A stretch of 25,468 nucleotides of DNA, from positions 1-25,468 of the IMG/VR virus record IMGVR_UViG_3300020515_000016. One strand, written 5' to 3'. The DNA comes from a virus. Taxonomy: Duplodnaviria > Caudoviricetes. The notes under the pieces were generated by a model. The model saw nothing but the letters and a program-made list of their open reading frames with translations. It did no database searches and had not been told where the DNA came from. Below, piece after piece: positions 7,808 through 17,411 of this stretch. Positions within the stretch are counted from its first letter, which is position 1, and every line of letters begins with the position of its first letter. Position numbers and translations under genes: made by a program.

Positions 7808-9846
7808 GTTTAAGTAAAATCATTAAAGTTATCCTCTGCCTTATCGGAGGACTACCATTACTGCAGACATTAGCCTTAATGTTTTCCTGCGTCCCTATCC
7901 CATTCGTTAAAAATGGTGGGTTGAACTTCGCACAAACTGGATTTGGTAAATTCCTCACTAGCATGAAGAATTTGTTTGACAAGGGAGCAGATATTGTTTC
8001 TAATTTCTTTAAACAATATTTCCGCAACCCTCTAGTTGATGCGTTTACGGATTTTAAGGCAACTGTTCTAGACCCATTAGACAAAGCATTGGCTTCGCCG
8101 TTTGAAGCAATTAATAACGAAATAGATAACTATGCCGCTAACGATTACGCTGGGTTAAAACAAACATTTCCTTTAATCGCTGGTAGCGGTTTGGGTAGTG
8201 TCCAGGCGTCGTTTGATGCACTAGAAGCATCACTCGGAAAAGCCCAAAATTTCGCCGATAACTATCAAATTGGTCCATTTACTCTTGGTAAATTATCAAC
8301 GATTGCACAAAATGCATCGCTCCAGTCAAGCATACAGCAATTCAGAGATCACACCGACGCACTTTCTGGTGTTAAGTCAACCATGGCTTACGATCTTATT
8401 ACTCTATACAGTAATGTTGCCAGTATTGGTGCTACTGCTAACATTGCTTCTAGCAATGTAGTAACACCAAACCTAAACTCAACAGCATATCCTAGAGTCG
8501 ATTATGGCGATACAATCGTAATTGACTCGCAAACAAAGGTTGTTACTGAAAAGGTATTTACAGCCCATGCCTCTGGGACCGTTTCTGTAGATGTTACAAC
8601 CAACAATGTAAAGGTTACAACAGCTAGTGTGGGAACTTTAAACCTCGCCAATTGTTTATTATCGCCTACAAATACGCTAAAACTAAACACAAGTATGTTT
8701 ATTACTGTAAACGGCGATATCCGTAGAATTGAATCCATCAATGCTGCTGGTGACTTTTTACTTGTAGACCTTCCATTTGATTACTCAACGACTGGAGTCT
8801 CGTTGTTCAAAGAAACTTCATTTGTAGTAAACACCGCATTTACAACGAGTAATACAAATCAAACTGTTTTTGTAAGAACACCGTTCGTTTGCAATACTGA
8901 ATGTTTGGATACAGTTATTACTGGTAACGGAACTTCTTGGACTTCGCAGCTCGAAGTTGGCGATAAGATTATCTACGACACCAGAGAGTTTATTATTGAA
9001 GCGCTGACAGATACAACTATTACTGTTGATGGTCAGTTTAGACTAACTAAAAACTTTGCCGTTTACAAAGTAAACAATGAGATTGAGGTAATGACATTGG
9101 GCGAAGATATTGACCCCGATGAGATTATCAACGGATTTACAATGATTGAAACTATGACTGGCGACCCAAACTTTATGAAGGGGGTGAAGTCTAGAGTTCG
9201 TTTGGCTAATGGTAAATATCAATCTGTTGCAACAGAAGTTCCGACTGACGCGGCGCAATCACTGTTTAAGAAAGAATTGTTAAACGAAGCAAAAGATGCC
9301 CTAAAGCGTTTGAAGTATGACTTGAACGACGCTAAAACTAGAGCAATGACTGAATCACAAATCAATTCAGCCATATCTGGTGTTATTGGTCGATTCAATA
9401 CTGTAAAGAATGATCTTGACGCAGTCATTGCGCGAGATAAACAAATCATTAAAAATGTTAAAAACTTCGTATCAGCTCTAGGAAAGTTGTTCTCATTGTC
9501 TTGCGGAAAGAAGAAGAGAAATAAAGGCGATAACTCATCCGATAATTATTTGGATGTCATTACGGTGCCATATCCAGTCGAAGACGGATGTGACGCTACA
9601 ACTGGGCAGTTTATTAACATCCTGGACGACTTTGATTCTGAGTTTAACCAAGACGGATTTGTAGGACCAACAATTAACGCTAACACCAGCATTGCTGCAA
9701 CCAATCAGTTTGATGGTTCTGATGTTATTATTGGACCTCTACCAAATCAAACTCAGGGCACAGGTACTGGGGAAAGCAATGTTGGCATCGATGGTCGCGA
9801 TCCAAGCGTCAATGTTCCAGAAGATCCTTGCGCAAAACCGTGCTAA
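7804..9846 (+). CDS. Hypothetical virion protein (655-680 aa) with helical N/C regions, three beta modules and a Cys-rich tail; start probably upstream of the ATG at 7879
   Basis: Frame open from 7789; candidate starts are ATA 7804 (SD GAGGT 7788-7792), CTG 7861 (GGAGGA 7846-7851) and ATG 7879. Contains repeats such as 'ITGNGTSWTSQLEVGDKIIYD' also seen in gp7/gp8. Confidence 0.8.
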   Translation: MSLSKIIKVILCLIGGLPLLQTLALMFSCVPIPFVKNGGLNFAQTGFGKFLTSMKNLFDKGADIVSNFFKQYFRNPLVDAFTDFKATVLDPLDKALASPFEAINNEIDNYAANDYAGLKQTFPLIAGSGLGSVQASFDALEASLGKAQNFADNYQIGPFTLGKLSTIAQNASLQSSIQQFRDHTDALSGVKSTMAYDLITLYSNVASIGATANIASSNVVTPNLNSTAYPRVDYGDTIVIDSQTKVVTEKVFTAHASGTVSVDVTTNNVKVTTASVGTLNLANCLLSPTNTLKLNTSMFITVNGDIRRIESINAAGDFLLVDLPFDYSTTGVSLFKETSFVVNTAFTTSNTNQTVFVRTPFVCNTECLDTVITGNGTSWTSQLEVGDKIIYDTREFIIEALTDTTITVDGQFRLTKNFAVYKVNNEIEVMTLGEDIDPDEIINGFTMIETMTGDPNFMKGVKSRVRLANGKYQSVATEVPTDAAQSLFKKELLNEAKDALKRLKYDLNDAKTRAMTESQINSAISGVIGRFNTVKNDLDAVIARDKQIIKNVKNFVSALGKLFSLSCGKKKRNKGDNSSDNYLDVITVPYPVEDGCDATTGQFINILDDFDSEFNQDGFVGPTINANTSIAATNQFDGSDVIIGPLPNQTQGTGTGESNVGIDGRDPSVNVPEDPCAKPC

Positions 9847-9849
9847 ATA
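9843..9849 (+). promoter_or_regulatory. Late promoter motif CTAAATA overlapping a stop codon, upstream of gp25
   Basis: tgCTAAATAtaccaGAGGttttaaATG: promoter motif, SD and gp25 start in plausible spacing. Confidence 0.65.
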
Positions 9850-9864
9850 TACCAGAGGTTTTAA

Positions 9865-10257
9865 ATGTCATTAGATGTTCGCGTATACAAAGATCTGGAT
9901 TTAAATTTCAAAGCACATCCAGTAACCAAAGATGTGGTTAAAAGAACTGGAAATGCTGCGATCATTGGTGCATTAAAGAATTTAATACTGACTAACCTAT
10001 ACGAAAAGCCATTTCAACCTAATTTTGGCTCTAGAGTTCGTGGGTTGTTGTTTGAAGATGTTTCTTTTATTACTGCTAATGTTTTACAAACTGAACTCAG
10101 TAATGTAATTAAAAACTTTGAGCCTCGCGTTGGCGTTGATGCTATCCGTGTTCAGGCTAATCCTGAGCAAAATCGATATGATATTACTATTCGATTCTAC
10201 ATAAATAATCTTGAAGCTCCTGTCACAATCAACTTCTTCTTAGAGAAGGTCCGTTAA
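9865..10257 (+). CDS. gp25: Baseplate wedge subunit gp25
   Basis: 'YKDLDLNFKAHPVTKDV', 'LKNLILTNLYEKPFQPNFGS', 'IKNFEPRV', 'FFLEKVR'. Confidence 0.95.
   Translation: MSLDVRVYKDLDLNFKAHPVTKDVVKRTGNAAIIGALKNLILTNLYEKPFQPNFGSRVRGLLFEDVSFITANVLQTELSNVIKNFEPRVGVDAIRVQANPEQNRYDITIRFYINNLEAPVTINFFLEKVR
10201..10207 (+). promoter_or_regulatory. Late promoter motif ATAAATA upstream of gp6
   Basis: Within the 3' end of gp25, ~50 nt before the gp6 ATG. Confidence 0.5.
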
Positions 10258-12326
10258 TGGCTAATACAGATCAAAAACTAGTTGTAACAGAACTAGACTT
10301 TGCGCAGATTAAGACTAATCTAAAGAACTTTCTGAGGGATCAGCAAGAATTCACAGATTTTGATTTTGAAGCATCTGGCATGAGTGTATTGCTAGATATC
10401 TTAGCCTACAACACTCACTATATGGCATTTTATAATAATATGATTGCCAATGAGATGTTCCTAGACACAGCTCTATTACGCGACTCAGTTGTTTCCCATG
10501 CTAAGATGCTTGGGTATACGCCAGTTTCTTCAATCGCACCTAGAGCCACAATAAATCTACAGATTACTCGTCCAGCAGGAAACACGCAAGTGTCCTTGAC
10601 GCTTCCAAGATTTACTCGTTTACAATCAACTCCACTAAACGGAGTTTCATATACATTTGTTAATACACAGGCTAAAACTGTAAATTACGACCCAACATGT
10701 AATCGCTTTTGTTTTGATGATTTGTACATCTATCAGGGTCAACCGCTAACATACACATTCGTTTACAATGCTACCAATAATCCAACCCAGTCGTTTGAAC
10801 TTCCAGACGACGGAATAGACACCAGCACGCTAGAAATATTGGTGCAAGAATCTGCAACAAGTTTGAAAACTGAGAGATTTACGCTTGCAACTGATGCAAC
10901 AAATGTAACTTCGAACTCCTCAGTCTACTTCATAGATGAAACTAGAAACGGGAAATACAAGATCTACTTCGGAGACGGGGTTATCGGCAGAAGTCTAACC
11001 AACGGAAATATTGTAGTAGCAAATTATCTAAGAACAGATGGCGCGGCGGCTAATAAATCAAATGCGTTTAGTCTTATTGATTCTGTTGGTGGGTTTACCA
11101 GTTCAATTGTTTTTCCAATCAAGGCAGCATCTGGTGGTAATACGCAAGAATCTGTTACAAAAATTAGATTTAGTGCACCAAAAGCCTATGTGTCTAATAA
11201 TCGTGGTGTTACAAAAGAAGATCTAATTGCTCTGATCAACAAAAACTACCCATACTTTGAAGCAGTTAATGTTTGGGGTGGTGAAGAAAACATCCCACCA
11301 GTTTACGGTAAAGTATTCATAGCAGCAAAACCAACACTCGGTTTTGAGATCACAGACTCTGAAAAACTTGATGTGATTAATAATGTAATCAAGCCAGTGT
11401 CAGTCGTTACTGTTATTCCAGAATTCGTCGATGTTGATTATAACTATCTACAAGTGTTTGCTGAAGTTTATTACGATGCAACTAAAACCACAAGATCTGC
11501 AGATGCAATAAAATCTATTGTTCAAACTGCTATCATCAACTTTAAGAACACTGAATTGGATAACTTTAACAGCAGATTCAAGCTGTCAAGGATGCTCCGT
11601 GCTATCGACGACGCAGAAACATCTATCTCTTATTCTGATGCAGTAACAGTTATCGAAAAGAGAATTGTTCCTCAGCTTGGTGCTGCTAGAAATTACACAC
11701 TAGACTTTGGTACACCTATCTCTCGCGAAGATCCTTCTTATAGAATCTACTCAACCCCAGCATTCGGACAATTCGATGCTGATGGTGTTCTTCGTAAGTG
11801 TTTCTTTGAAGAAACACCAGGATCTTCTTCTGGCGTTGAATCGATTACAATCAATTCGGCTACAGGTTCTTATCTAACCGCACCAACAATTTCTATAAAC
11901 GGAGACGGTGTTGGCGCTAATGCATATCCTGTGATTGTTAACGGTAAAATTACACAAATCGTTGTGGATAAACCAGGTGTTGGGTATACAACTGCAACAG
12001 CGCTGCTCTACTACCAAGACGAGATTGATACGAGCGCTTCTTTAAGCGTGAATATGCAGGGTCGTTTTGGCACACTACGCAGTTACTTTTTCGATAATAA
12101 CAATATCAAAACAACATTGGATGCTGAGGCTGGAACAATTGATTATCAGCTAGGCAAGATTACCTTGCAAGAGTTTGATCCGTTCTCAATTGAAGATCCA
12201 CTAAAGATCTTTAGAATGGTTGCTAAACCAGAAACAAATAACTTTGAATCTGCTCGTAGTCGAATTATCACTATCGACGAAGAAGATACAAATGCTATCA
12301 ACATTAGTGTTAAATCTCTCTCTTAA
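10257..12326 (+). CDS. gp6: Baseplate wedge subunit gp6
   Basis: 'LDFAQIKTNLKNFLRDQQEFTDFDFEASGMSVLLDILAYNTHYMAFYNNMIANEMFLDTA', 'IYFGDGVIG', 'WGGEENIPPVYGKVFIAAKP', 'GTIDYQLGKI'. Confidence 0.96.
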   Translation: MANTDQKLVVTELDFAQIKTNLKNFLRDQQEFTDFDFEASGMSVLLDILAYNTHYMAFYNNMIANEMFLDTALLRDSVVSHAKMLGYTPVSSIAPRATINLQITRPAGNTQVSLTLPRFTRLQSTPLNGVSYTFVNTQAKTVNYDPTCNRFCFDDLYIYQGQPLTYTFVYNATNNPTQSFELPDDGIDTSTLEILVQESATSLKTERFTLATDATNVTSNSSVYFIDETRNGKYKIYFGDGVIGRSLTNGNIVVANYLRTDGAAANKSNAFSLIDSVGGFTSSIVFPIKAASGGNTQESVTKIRFSAPKAYVSNNRGVTKEDLIALINKNYPYFEAVNVWGGEENIPPVYGKVFIAAKPTLGFEITDSEKLDVINNVIKPVSVVTVIPEFVDVDYNYLQVFAEVYYDATKTTRSADAIKSIVQTAIINFKNTELDNFNSRFKLSRMLRAIDDAETSISYSDAVTVIEKRIVPQLGAARNYTLDFGTPISREDPSYRIYSTPAFGQFDADGVLRKCFFEETPGSSSGVESITINSATGSYLTAPTISINGDGVGANAYPVIVNGKITQIVVDKPGVGYTTATALLYYQDEIDTSASLSVNMQGRFGTLRSYFFDNNNIKTTLDAEAGTIDYQLGKITLQEFDPFSIEDPLKIFRMVAKPETNNFESARSRIITIDEEDTNAINISVKSLS

Positions 12327-15300
12327 TGTTTGCAAATAATTACATATCAACAATTGTAGAGAACCAGGTACCTGAGTTCGTAAGAGCCGATCATCCAACA
12401 TTCGTGACATTGCTCAAAAAATACTATGAGTATATGGAGCAAACCAATAAAACATTAAGAGTCGGTAAAGACCTATATGATTACATGGATGTTGATACGA
12501 CAAGAGCAGACTTGATCAAGTATTTTAAGACGAAGATTATTCCAGATTTTCCTGAAGAAACCGAACTATCTACTGAGAAACTGATAAAGGCAGCAAAATT
12601 TTTCTACTCTAAGAAAGGCTCCGCTGAATCCTTTAAGTTTCTATTCAGAACATTATACGGTCAGGAAGTTGACATTTACTTCCCAAAAGAAGATATCCTT
12701 AAAGTATCTGATGGTAAATGGAAACAACCACAAGCACTTCGCCTAGCATTTACCGACACCAGTTCTCTTGTTACGGGTGGTAATGTCAATGTGTTTGCAG
12801 TTACTGCTAATACAATAAATGCCAACGGATTTAATATCCTATCAAAAGGTATTACAGTCAATTCATATATTCGTATCGGTGATTCGCGTAGAAAAGTTGT
12901 CACGATTAACACATCAGGCGATTTTCTTCGAGTCGATATTCCATTCGCTAACACATCAACTGCGCAAACATTTGATTCTGTTAAATTGTTTAAGGTAGAG
13001 TTGAGCGAGTACACCAATTTTGACATTAAACTACTCGAAAGAAAACTAGGCATCGGCGAGATTTCTAGAACGACTTGCGTTATTGAAAAAGCAGTACTAA
13101 CTGTTGACGGTGAAACTGGTCGCGAGTTCGTAGAACTTTATGTGTCGAATGTAACTAGACTATTTGAAGCTGGTGAAAATCTAGTCGTAAAGTATACTGA
13201 CACCAATGGTGTTGAGCAAACATTTAAGTCTAAGATTATCTCCTTGCTATCAAACATCAGTTTGTTCAGAAATAGATTTGGCGTTGTTCAAACAGGTAGA
13301 AAGTATAAAACTGGAGATCCAGTGGTATTGTTTGGTGGTCTCACCGATTCACCTGATGCTGTCAAGGGTATCGCCGTTGTTAACAATGTTTCTACGGGAT
13401 CTATTGAATCTGTTGAAGTTATCCAACCAGGATATTTCTTTAGAACAGAACCAAATTCATTGGTTCGTATAATCTCAAGTTCAGGTATCGGTGCCAATGT
13501 TCTAATATCAGGTATCTACGATGACGGTGGTGCCAATAGTGCAAACATCCAGTTTAATACAGATGCTATTGTGTATAAAAAAGATATCCTTTTAAATGGA
13601 TTAGAATATGATTTTGATAATATTACAGCGTTTGCAAATCAAACATCTGGTGCGGGAAACACAACAACAACAATTAATTTAAACACTGCATTTTATACTG
13701 CTAGCACAACTAATGATTATTATAAATCTTTTGTTGTGCAAATCCTTGACGGCACTGGTTCTACAGGTTCACCGAATTCAGCACAAATTACTGGATACAA
13801 TGGAACAACTAAAATCGCAACACTATCTCTAGCTCTCGGCGCAGCTGTAGATGGCACTAGCAATGTTAAAATTTATGCAAATGCGCAAACTGAAATAGGT
13901 AGAGCATTAACATTCGAAACAATCACACTCGGCAAGGTTCGTGCGCTAGACTTAGATGACGGTGGATCGTTCTTCGAAGAACCGCCGATATTTGATGCCA
14001 TATCATTATACGAATCTGACTATTCCCTAGACCAAGGATTTTTAACCATTCCTTCTGGTCAATTTTCGCAATATAATCCATCCGCTTCTCCGCCAACAAT
14101 TCGATTAAATTCGTCAAACTCATCATATAGTTTGGCGAATGGATTCTACACTGGCTCTCGCCTTTTCTTGGATGTGGGTGATACTGCTCACTATGCAGAA
14201 GTTGTAGATTACATTGTAAACAATCCAGGTTCTTCTTCTAACACTAAAACATTAGTTCTAGATCGACCTTTTGAAAATAACATTAATCAAACAAACATCT
14301 TAAACTTTAACTTGTTTTTTGACTTTAGACCAAATGTTCGCGGTCCAGGCAAACTTGGTATTATCTTAGTGAGGAACGGTGGCAGCGGATACAATGTAAC
14401 TAATAACATCATTGAGTTTATTGGTACTGGTGTTGGTGCAAATGCATATCACACAGTAGACGCGAACGGAAGTATAACGAGCGTCACGATAGATAATCGC
14501 GGTGAAGGTTATCCAGAAGCACCATCTATCTTGATTAGAGATACGAATACTGGAAATGTTGCAACGGGTTCTGGTGCGCTATTCGACATTTATCTATTGA
14601 GTGATGGTGAAGAGTTTGCCGCCGAAACATCGGATATCGGTCGTATTCAAGACTTTAGAATTCTGAACCGTGGATTCGAGTACGCTAATACACCATTGAC
14701 ATCGCTTAAAGTTGTCGACATACTTACAGATAATCTTGCTTCTGGGCAACTTGTCTTGTCTGGAGATTCTGTCTGGCAGGGTGGTGTTACTAATGCAGAT
14801 GCTACCTTCCGCGGAACCGTTGACGACTCTTATAGATCTGATGCAAGCAATACTGTTATTCGTGTGTTTAACTACTCTGGTTCGATTAACACATCAGAGC
14901 CGATTCGTGTGGCTACAAGTTCTGGAAACCTCACTCTAAACCTATCTACCGCCAATGCAACGATATCATTTAACGATGTTAACGATGCAGTTGAACGCAA
15001 ATACCCACATTTCTATGGAGATGGACTAGCCAAAGCCAATACCGAGTTCCTAAGAGGGTTGATCAAATACGGTGGATTCTACCTAAACACAGATGGATTC
15101 CTCAGCGCCGATAAGAAGATACAAGATAGCGACTACTACCACAATTTCTCATATGAAATTTCGTCTGAAAAGTCTCTAAACGACTACACTGAGACTGTGA
15201 ATCGCGTTGCACATCCAGCTGGCATGCAATTGCTATCGAAATATCTGTTGAAGAATATCACCCAAGACCTAGTAACTATAGCGGCAAATGTGTACTCGTC

Positions 15301-15772
15301 AAATACCTTGCAAACTACAAATGCTAATACATCACACAGCAGCAATGTTTTCTTTGGTAATAACTCAAACTTTACACTGAATGCCAATATCGGTGACTTA
15401 ATTGTAATAAATACAACGGAAACGGCATCTTTAAAACAGTATACTAGAGTTGTCGCTAATGTTGTAAATGCGAATGTTATTTGGCTAGAATCGGCGATTG
15501 GTGGAATAGGTGACGGTAGATTACGAACAACAAATGGCAATGCTAGCATTATTGTGTTCGCGAATTCTTCAGCCGTCACAGAAAGTCTAGAAGCTGGTGA
15601 CAACATCAGTTTCAATGTCTCTAACACAACTTATGATAGATATGTCGTTTCAACACCAACAAGTAATGTCGTATTGTTAAACGCAGCGGTAACTGCATCA
15701 GGAAATGTTGTCTATAAGAAAAACCCAACATACAATGTTGTTTCTTATAGAATTATCCGAACTCAAGGGTAA
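12326..15772 (+). CDS. gp7: Baseplate wedge initiator gp7-like
   Basis: 'ENQVPEFVRADHPTFVTLLKKYYEYME', 'FYSKKGSAESFKFLFRTLYG', and C-terminal 'IQDSDYYHNFSYEI...VAHPAGM'; located between gp6 and gp8. Confidence 0.85.
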   Translation: MFANNYISTIVENQVPEFVRADHPTFVTLLKKYYEYMEQTNKTLRVGKDLYDYMDVDTTRADLIKYFKTKIIPDFPEETELSTEKLIKAAKFFYSKKGSAESFKFLFRTLYGQEVDIYFPKEDILKVSDGKWKQPQALRLAFTDTSSLVTGGNVNVFAVTANTINANGFNILSKGITVNSYIRIGDSRRKVVTINTSGDFLRVDIPFANTSTAQTFDSVKLFKVELSEYTNFDIKLLERKLGIGEISRTTCVIEKAVLTVDGETGREFVELYVSNVTRLFEAGENLVVKYTDTNGVEQTFKSKIISLLSNISLFRNRFGVVQTGRKYKTGDPVVLFGGLTDSPDAVKGIAVVNNVSTGSIESVEVIQPGYFFRTEPNSLVRIISSSGIGANVLISGIYDDGGANSANIQFNTDAIVYKKDILLNGLEYDFDNITAFANQTSGAGNTTTTINLNTAFYTASTTNDYYKSFVVQILDGTGSTGSPNSAQITGYNGTTKIATLSLALGAAVDGTSNVKIYANAQTEIGRALTFETITLGKVRALDLDDGGSFFEEPPIFDAISLYESDYSLDQGFLTIPSGQFSQYNPSASPPTIRLNSSNSSYSLANGFYTGSRLFLDVGDTAHYAEVVDYIVNNPGSSSNTKTLVLDRPFENNINQTNILNFNLFFDFRPNVRGPGKLGIILVRNGGSGYNVTNNIIEFIGTGVGANAYHTVDANGSITSVTIDNRGEGYPEAPSILIRDTNTGNVATGSGALFDIYLLSDGEEFAAETSDIGRIQDFRILNRGFEYANTPLTSLKVVDILTDNLASGQLVLSGDSVWQGGVTNADATFRGTVDDSYRSDASNTVIRVFNYSGSINTSEPIRVATSSGNLTLNLSTANATISFNDVNDAVERKYPHFYGDGLAKANTEFLRGLIKYGGFYLNTDGFLSADKKIQDSDYYHNFSYEISSEKSLNDYTETVNRVAHPAGMQLLSKYLLKNITQDLVTIAANVYSSNTLQTTNANTSHSSNVFFGNNSNFTLNANIGDLIVINTTETASLKQYTRVVANVVNANVIWLESAIGGIGDGRLRTTNGNASIIVFANSSAVTESLEAGDNISFNVSNTTYDRYVVSTPTSNVVLLNAAVTASGNVVYKKNPTYNVVSYRIIRTQG

Positions 15773-15775
15773 CAA

Positions 15776-17401
15776 ATGAAGTCATTAGTATTAAAAGATT
15801 TTGGTATTACAAACGCAAAGAATTTTGAGAGCATGGTCTCAGTTCCGCTTGCAAATGTTTATGTTATGGTTGGTAGATCTTTAGCATGGGCTAACACGGC
15901 TAATGTAGATCTATTGGATGATGTTACAATTGCAGAACCATACGATACAACAGAATACAAGTTTGATTTGCAAAAAGACGGGCAACTATTAAAGAAGATT
16001 ACTGGCAGCGACATTCAGCCAGTTATCCCTAGAGTTGACTGGGCAGCAAATACTGTATATGTTGCATATGACCAAACAGCAAATTTGTTCATCAAGGTGT
16101 TGGATACCGCTGTCACTGGCGGTAATGTAAATGTTTCGCTTTCTTTGGCGAATACAGTAAACGCAAATAGCATTAATCTTGCTGCTGCAACACCTGCTCT
16201 CTCAGCGGGATCGTTTATCAAGATCGGCGATGAAACGAAAGAAGTCGTAAGAATTAATGCCGTTGGTGATTTCTTAACAGTCAACACAGTATTCAGTTCA
16301 GCGTACACATCAGCGAACTTGTTTAAGGTTGATGTTTCTCAAACGCAGTATTCTAACAAATTCTATGTTAGAAACTCACAAGACCAGGTCTTTAAGTGCC
16401 TATTTAATAATAACGGCGCAGAATCTAATACTATGCCACAGATCACCATCGGTGGTGATTTACCAGAAAACCCATACATTGAAACGGCTGATGGGTACAA
16501 GTGGAAGTATATGTACAGCATTCCAACTGGACTAAAGAATAAATTTTTCACCGATAAGTATATGCCAGTTCTTCGTGATACTATTGTTTTTGATAATGCA
16601 AAAGATGGTCGCATAGATATCATTAAAATTGTTGACGGTGGAACAGGATACTATGCAGGTAGTTCTGTAAACAACTACTCAGTCGTCAGCGTTACTGGCG
16701 ATGGAACTTTGGCTAATGTTAGCGTTGATGTTGTTAATGGTACCATTGTAGATGTTAACATTCTAAACGGTGGTAATAACTATAGCACCGCAACCGTCAC
16801 CATACAAGATCCGTTGCAACAAGCCATCGGTAACACAGCAAATCTTCAGGCAGTTATTAGCCCACAATATGGTCATGGATTTGATCCACAAAGAGAACTA
16901 GGTGGGTCTAGCATCATGGTTTCTGTTGACATTGAAGGCGATGCAGATGGAAACTTGCCAGTTCAAAACGATGGAACAGACTTAATCAGACAAATGTGTT
17001 TGGTTAAAGATGTAAAATTAGCAACTGGTGCGTTTGGAACTGCTTCGTATTATCCAATGTATACAACAATTTCAACATCTAATCCACCAGTAAACTTTTC
17101 TCATAACGAAATAGTGTATGTTGGATCTAGTTTTTCAACCGCAACATTTAGCGCAAGAGTAATGCATTTTGACGATACTACTAATACTCTTTATGTAAAT
17201 AACATTGTTGGAAATGTTAACAACATTGAAAACGAAACAATCTACCAGAAGGACGCTCCATCAGCGTTCGCCAAGGTATTTGATGTGACAAAACCAGATA
17301 TAAATATTTTGTCTGGAGAAATTTTGTATATTGAAAATAGAGCAAAAATTACTCGTAGTGGAAATCAAACCGAATCAACTAAATTTGTTGTAGAATTTTA
17401 A
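15776..17401 (+). CDS. gp8: Baseplate wedge subunit gp8
   Basis: 'VIPRVDWAANTVYVAYD', 'FYVRNSQDQVFKCLFNN', 'TADGYKWKYMYSI', 'GHGFDPQRELGG', 'SGEILYIENR...KFVVEF'. Confidence 0.92.
   Translation: MKSLVLKDFGITNAKNFESMVSVPLANVYVMVGRSLAWANTANVDLLDDVTIAEPYDTTEYKFDLQKDGQLLKKITGSDIQPVIPRVDWAANTVYVAYDQTANLFIKVLDTAVTGGNVNVSLSLANTVNANSINLAAATPALSAGSFIKIGDETKEVVRINAVGDFLTVNTVFSSAYTSANLFKVDVSQTQYSNKFYVRNSQDQVFKCLFNNNGAESNTMPQITIGGDLPENPYIETADGYKWKYMYSIPTGLKNKFFTDKYMPVLRDTIVFDNAKDGRIDIIKIVDGGTGYYAGSSVNNYSVVSVTGDGTLANVSVDVVNGTIVDVNILNGGNNYSTATVTIQDPLQQAIGNTANLQAVISPQYGHGFDPQRELGGSSIMVSVDIEGDADGNLPVQNDGTDLIRQMCLVKDVKLATGAFGTASYYPMYTTISTSNPPVNFSHNEIVYVGSSFSTATFSARVMHFDDTTNTLYVNNIVGNVNNIENETIYQKDAPSAFAKVFDVTKPDINILSGEILYIENRAKITRSGNQTESTKFVVEF
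17299..17306 (+). promoter_or_regulatory. Late promoter TATAAATA upstream of the VrlC-like gene
   Basis: Exact consensus in the gp8 3' end, ~105 nt upstream of ATG 17412. Confidence 0.65.
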
Positions 17402-17411
17402 GGTGTAATCA

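Noticed and set aside
5717-10257. VgrG/TssE-like genes suggesting a bacterial T6SS or extracellular contractile injection system
   Set aside because: gp2, gp4, gp48, gp53, gp6-8, VrlC and gp55-type late promoters indicate a T4-like phage genome.
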